This document shows, piece after piece, positions 60,536 to 64,000 of a DNA stretch of 64,000 nt. The notes below the pieces were generated by a model that worked only from the letters and a program-made list of their open reading frames with translations, did not search any database and was not told the origin of the DNA. The DNA comes from Gemmatimonadales bacterium (GTDB lineage: Bacteria > Gemmatimonadota > Gemmatimonadetes > Gemmatimonadales > GWC2-71-9): the NCBI GenBank assembly GCA_044869265.1, contig JBIOXD010000021.1, forward strand, positions 2,748-66,747, read 5' to 3'. Position numbers and translations under genes: made by a program. Each line of letters begins with the position of its first letter. Positions within the stretch are counted from its first letter, which is position 1.

Positions 60536-61678
60536 CTACCTCCGGACTGCCACTTTAGGTGGTCCGGCCTGGGCAGGCGCGCCGGCAGGCAACGGCTTGT
60601 CGTCTTCGGGCGGTGTTTCCCCGATCGACCGCAGGAACTCGTTGGGCTTCGACGTCACGCGCAAACATTCGTCCTTGGTGACTTCGCGCCCCATATAGAG
60701 CTGGTAGAGCGCGTCGTTCAAGGTCTGCATGCCGTACTTCTTTCCCGCCTGCATCGACGATTCTATCTGGTGGACCTTGTCGTCGCGAATAAGCGCGCGG
60801 ATGGCGGGCGTGCAGATCATGATTTCGGCTGCCATGACGCGGCCCCGCCCCTTGGCGCGCTGCAACAGCGTCTGCGTGACCACGCCCTCCAGCACGAAGG
60901 CGAGCTGCGCGCGCACCTGCGATTGCTGGTGCGACGGGAAGACGTCGATGATACGGTTGATCGACTCGGCCGCGGAGTTGGTATGCAGCGTCGCGAACGC
61001 CAGGTGGCCAGTCTCGGCGATTGTGAGGGCCGCCTGGATCGTCTCGAGGTCGCGCATTTCGCCGACCAGCACGACGTCCGGGTCCTGGCGGAGCGCGTAT
61101 TTCAGCGCGGACTGGAAGCTGTTCGTGTCCGTGCCCACCTCGCGCTGGTTGACGATGCACACCTGGTGCCGGTGGATGAACTCGATCGGGTCCTCGACCG
61201 TGATGATGTGCCCCTTCAGCTCTTTGTTGATCTTGTCGATCATCGCCGCGAGCGTCGTGCTCTTGCCGGAGCCCGTGGGGCCGGTAACCAGCACCAGACC
61301 GCGGGGACGGTCGGCGAGCGACGCCACGATCGCCGGCAGGCCAAGCTCCTGAAAGGTCTTCACGTTGAACGGGATCTGCCGGATGACGACGGATACGCAG
61401 CCGCGCTGCTTGAAGACGTTTCCGCGGAAGCGCGCGAGGTTCTGAATGCCGAACGAAAAGTCGAGCTCGTTCTCCGTCTCGAAGCGCTTCTTCTGGTTCT
61501 CGGTCAGCACCGAATACGCGAGCGACAACGTGTCCTTGGGCGTCAGCACCTCATCGCTGGAGGCGTTGACGATATCGCCGTCCACGCGGACCTTGGGACG
61601 CTCGCCCGCCACGAGGTGGAGGTCGGAAGCGTCCTTCTCGATCATTTCCTCGAGCAGAGCCCGGAGGTTGACTGGCAT
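60536..61678 (-). CDS. pilT: Twitching-motility retraction ATPase PilT
   Basis: ASDLHLVAG, GLVLVTGPTGSGKSTT, AALRQDPDVVLVGEMRD and HLAFATLHTNSA. Has a ~35-aa Pro-rich C-terminal tail. Confidence 0.9.
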   Translation of the reverse strand: MPVNLRALLEEMIEKDASDLHLVAGERPKVRVDGDIVNASSDEVLTPKDTLSLAYSVLTENQKKRFETENELDFSFGIQNLARFRGNVFKQRGCVSVVIRQIPFNVKTFQELGLPAIVASLADRPRGLVLVTGPTGSGKSTTLAAMIDKINKELKGHIITVEDPIEFIHRHQVCIVNQREVGTDTNSFQSALKYALRQDPDVVLVGEMRDLETIQAALTIAETGHLAFATLHTNSAAESINRIIDVFPSHQQSQVRAQLAFVLEGVVTQTLLQRAKGRGRVMAAEIMICTPAIRALIRDDKVHQIESSMQAGKKYGMQTLNDALYQLYMGREVTKDECLRVTSKPNEFLRSIGETPPEDDKPLPAGAPAQAGPPKVAVRR

Positions 61679-61693
61679 GAGGCTTCCTCTCCT

Positions 61694-63403
<1,710 letters not shown>

Positions 63404-63449
63404 CTCGTTGAAAATGAGGGGACTAACATGTGAATCGGCCCCAACTGGG

Positions 63450-63860
63450 TCAAGGTTTTGGGGGCGAACCGGCTGAAAAAGACACAAATGGCTGGATTGC
63501 TTTGAGAAGCGCGGGTCCGACGCCTGAAACACTGTCGAGACGAGTGAGACTGCCAAAAGCGCCATGTTGTTCGCGCCAAGCTACGATACGCTGGGCCAAG
63601 GCTGGCCCGACGCGCGGCAATCGTGTGATTTCGCTCACGTCTGCCACATCGAGATCAATTTTCTCCCCTGGCAGCAGTGGTCGGGAGAGTTGCGCCGCGC
63701 GCTTTGCTACCTGCTGCAGCGCGCCTGGTCGACTTTCGGTGGTGGATTGGAGTCGAACATCACCTGGCGGCGCGTCTGGCGAGGGCGAGAGGAAGTACCG
63801 AACGCCTGCGCCCGCAAGAGCCAGGCAAGCCAGCATGAGCGCGGCGCGACGATCATCCAT
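63450..63860 (-). CDS. comEA: ComEA-like helix-hairpin-helix DNA-binding protein
   Basis: N-terminal TM helix. C-terminal ITRLPRVGPALAQRIVAWREQHGAFGSLTRLDSVSGVGPALLKAI. Confidence 0.8.
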   Translation of the reverse strand: MDDRRAALMLACLALAGAGVRYFLSPSPDAPPGDVRLQSTTESRPGALQQVAKRAAQLSRPLLPGEKIDLDVADVSEITRLPRVGPALAQRIVAWREQHGAFGSLTRLDSVSGVGPALLKAIQPFVSFSAGSPPKP

Positions 63861-63863
63861 CTA

Positions 63864-64000
63864 GTGGTGCGTGGTGCGTGGCGCGTGATGCGTGGTGCGT
63901 GGAACTACCGTGCGTGGTGCGCGGTGCGTGGTGCGTGGGACTACCGTGCGTGGTGTGTGGTGCGTGGTGCGTGGAACTACCGTGCGTGGTGCGCGGTGCA
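63864..64000. repeat. GTGCGTG heptamer array with a 36-37-bp higher-order unit (GAACTACC + 4 heptamers), running to the window edge
   Basis: Read directly. A TAG at 63861..63863 (minus strand) directly precedes the comEA ATG, so the array may encode the C-terminal tail (..PRTTHH*) of a gene beyond the window. Confidence 0.85.

Overview
High-GC bacterial chromosomal segment, roughly two-thirds G+C by eye (not computed), apparently from a diderm. Phylum was not determined. Almost every convincing gene is on the minus strand. All calls come from reading the ORF translations and the DNA by hand; no searches were run, and several start codons were reassigned by hand. Layout: (1) 0.3-3.2 kb holds a secreted M16 peptidase pair flanked by a ~45-nt direct repeat. 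(2) ~3.2-12.9 kb is an accessory-looking, co-directional block bracketed by gene-relic repeats. It contains a SARP regulator, a 202-aa protein whose last 68 residues carry 16 Cys and 8 Trp and which is translationally coupled to a DUF1360-like membrane protein, small membrane proteins, a secreted ComEC-type MBL hydrolase, a truncated PQQ-dehydrogenase chimera, a leaderless M43-like metzincin with a small partner, and an AraC regulator. (3) 12.9-23.2 kb holds a SARP-ATPase-TPR (STAND-type) regulator and a c-di-GMP/sigma-54 signalling set: an HD-GYP protein, an HTH-receiver protein, and an Fe-S/hydrogenase-like GGDEF protein coupled to an unknown 240-aa protein. (4) 23.2-34.3 kb is housekeeping: mogA, gcvT, argF, hslUV, xerC, trmFO, topA (the Bacillus codV-operon-like order), aroK and aroC. 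(5) 34.4-63.9 kb is a ~30-kb type IV pilus supercluster: lipoprotein, pilQPONM, two PilX-like paralogues, pilW/V/fimT-like minor pilins, two NtrC-type two-component pairs, tandemly duplicated pilA, pilC/T/B and comEA. Embedded in it is a putative lipid-carrier glycosylation set (two TMTC-like GT-C/TPR proteins, an ArnT-like GT-C, a GT2 and a methyltransferase). The window also carries unusual repeat classes: heptanucleotide tandem arrays at gene junctions and inside ORFs, palindromic elements inserted in frame into coding sequences, and a 106-bp perfectly phased inverted 10-mer array. I recognised no rRNA, tRNA, CRISPR array, transposase or phage genes.
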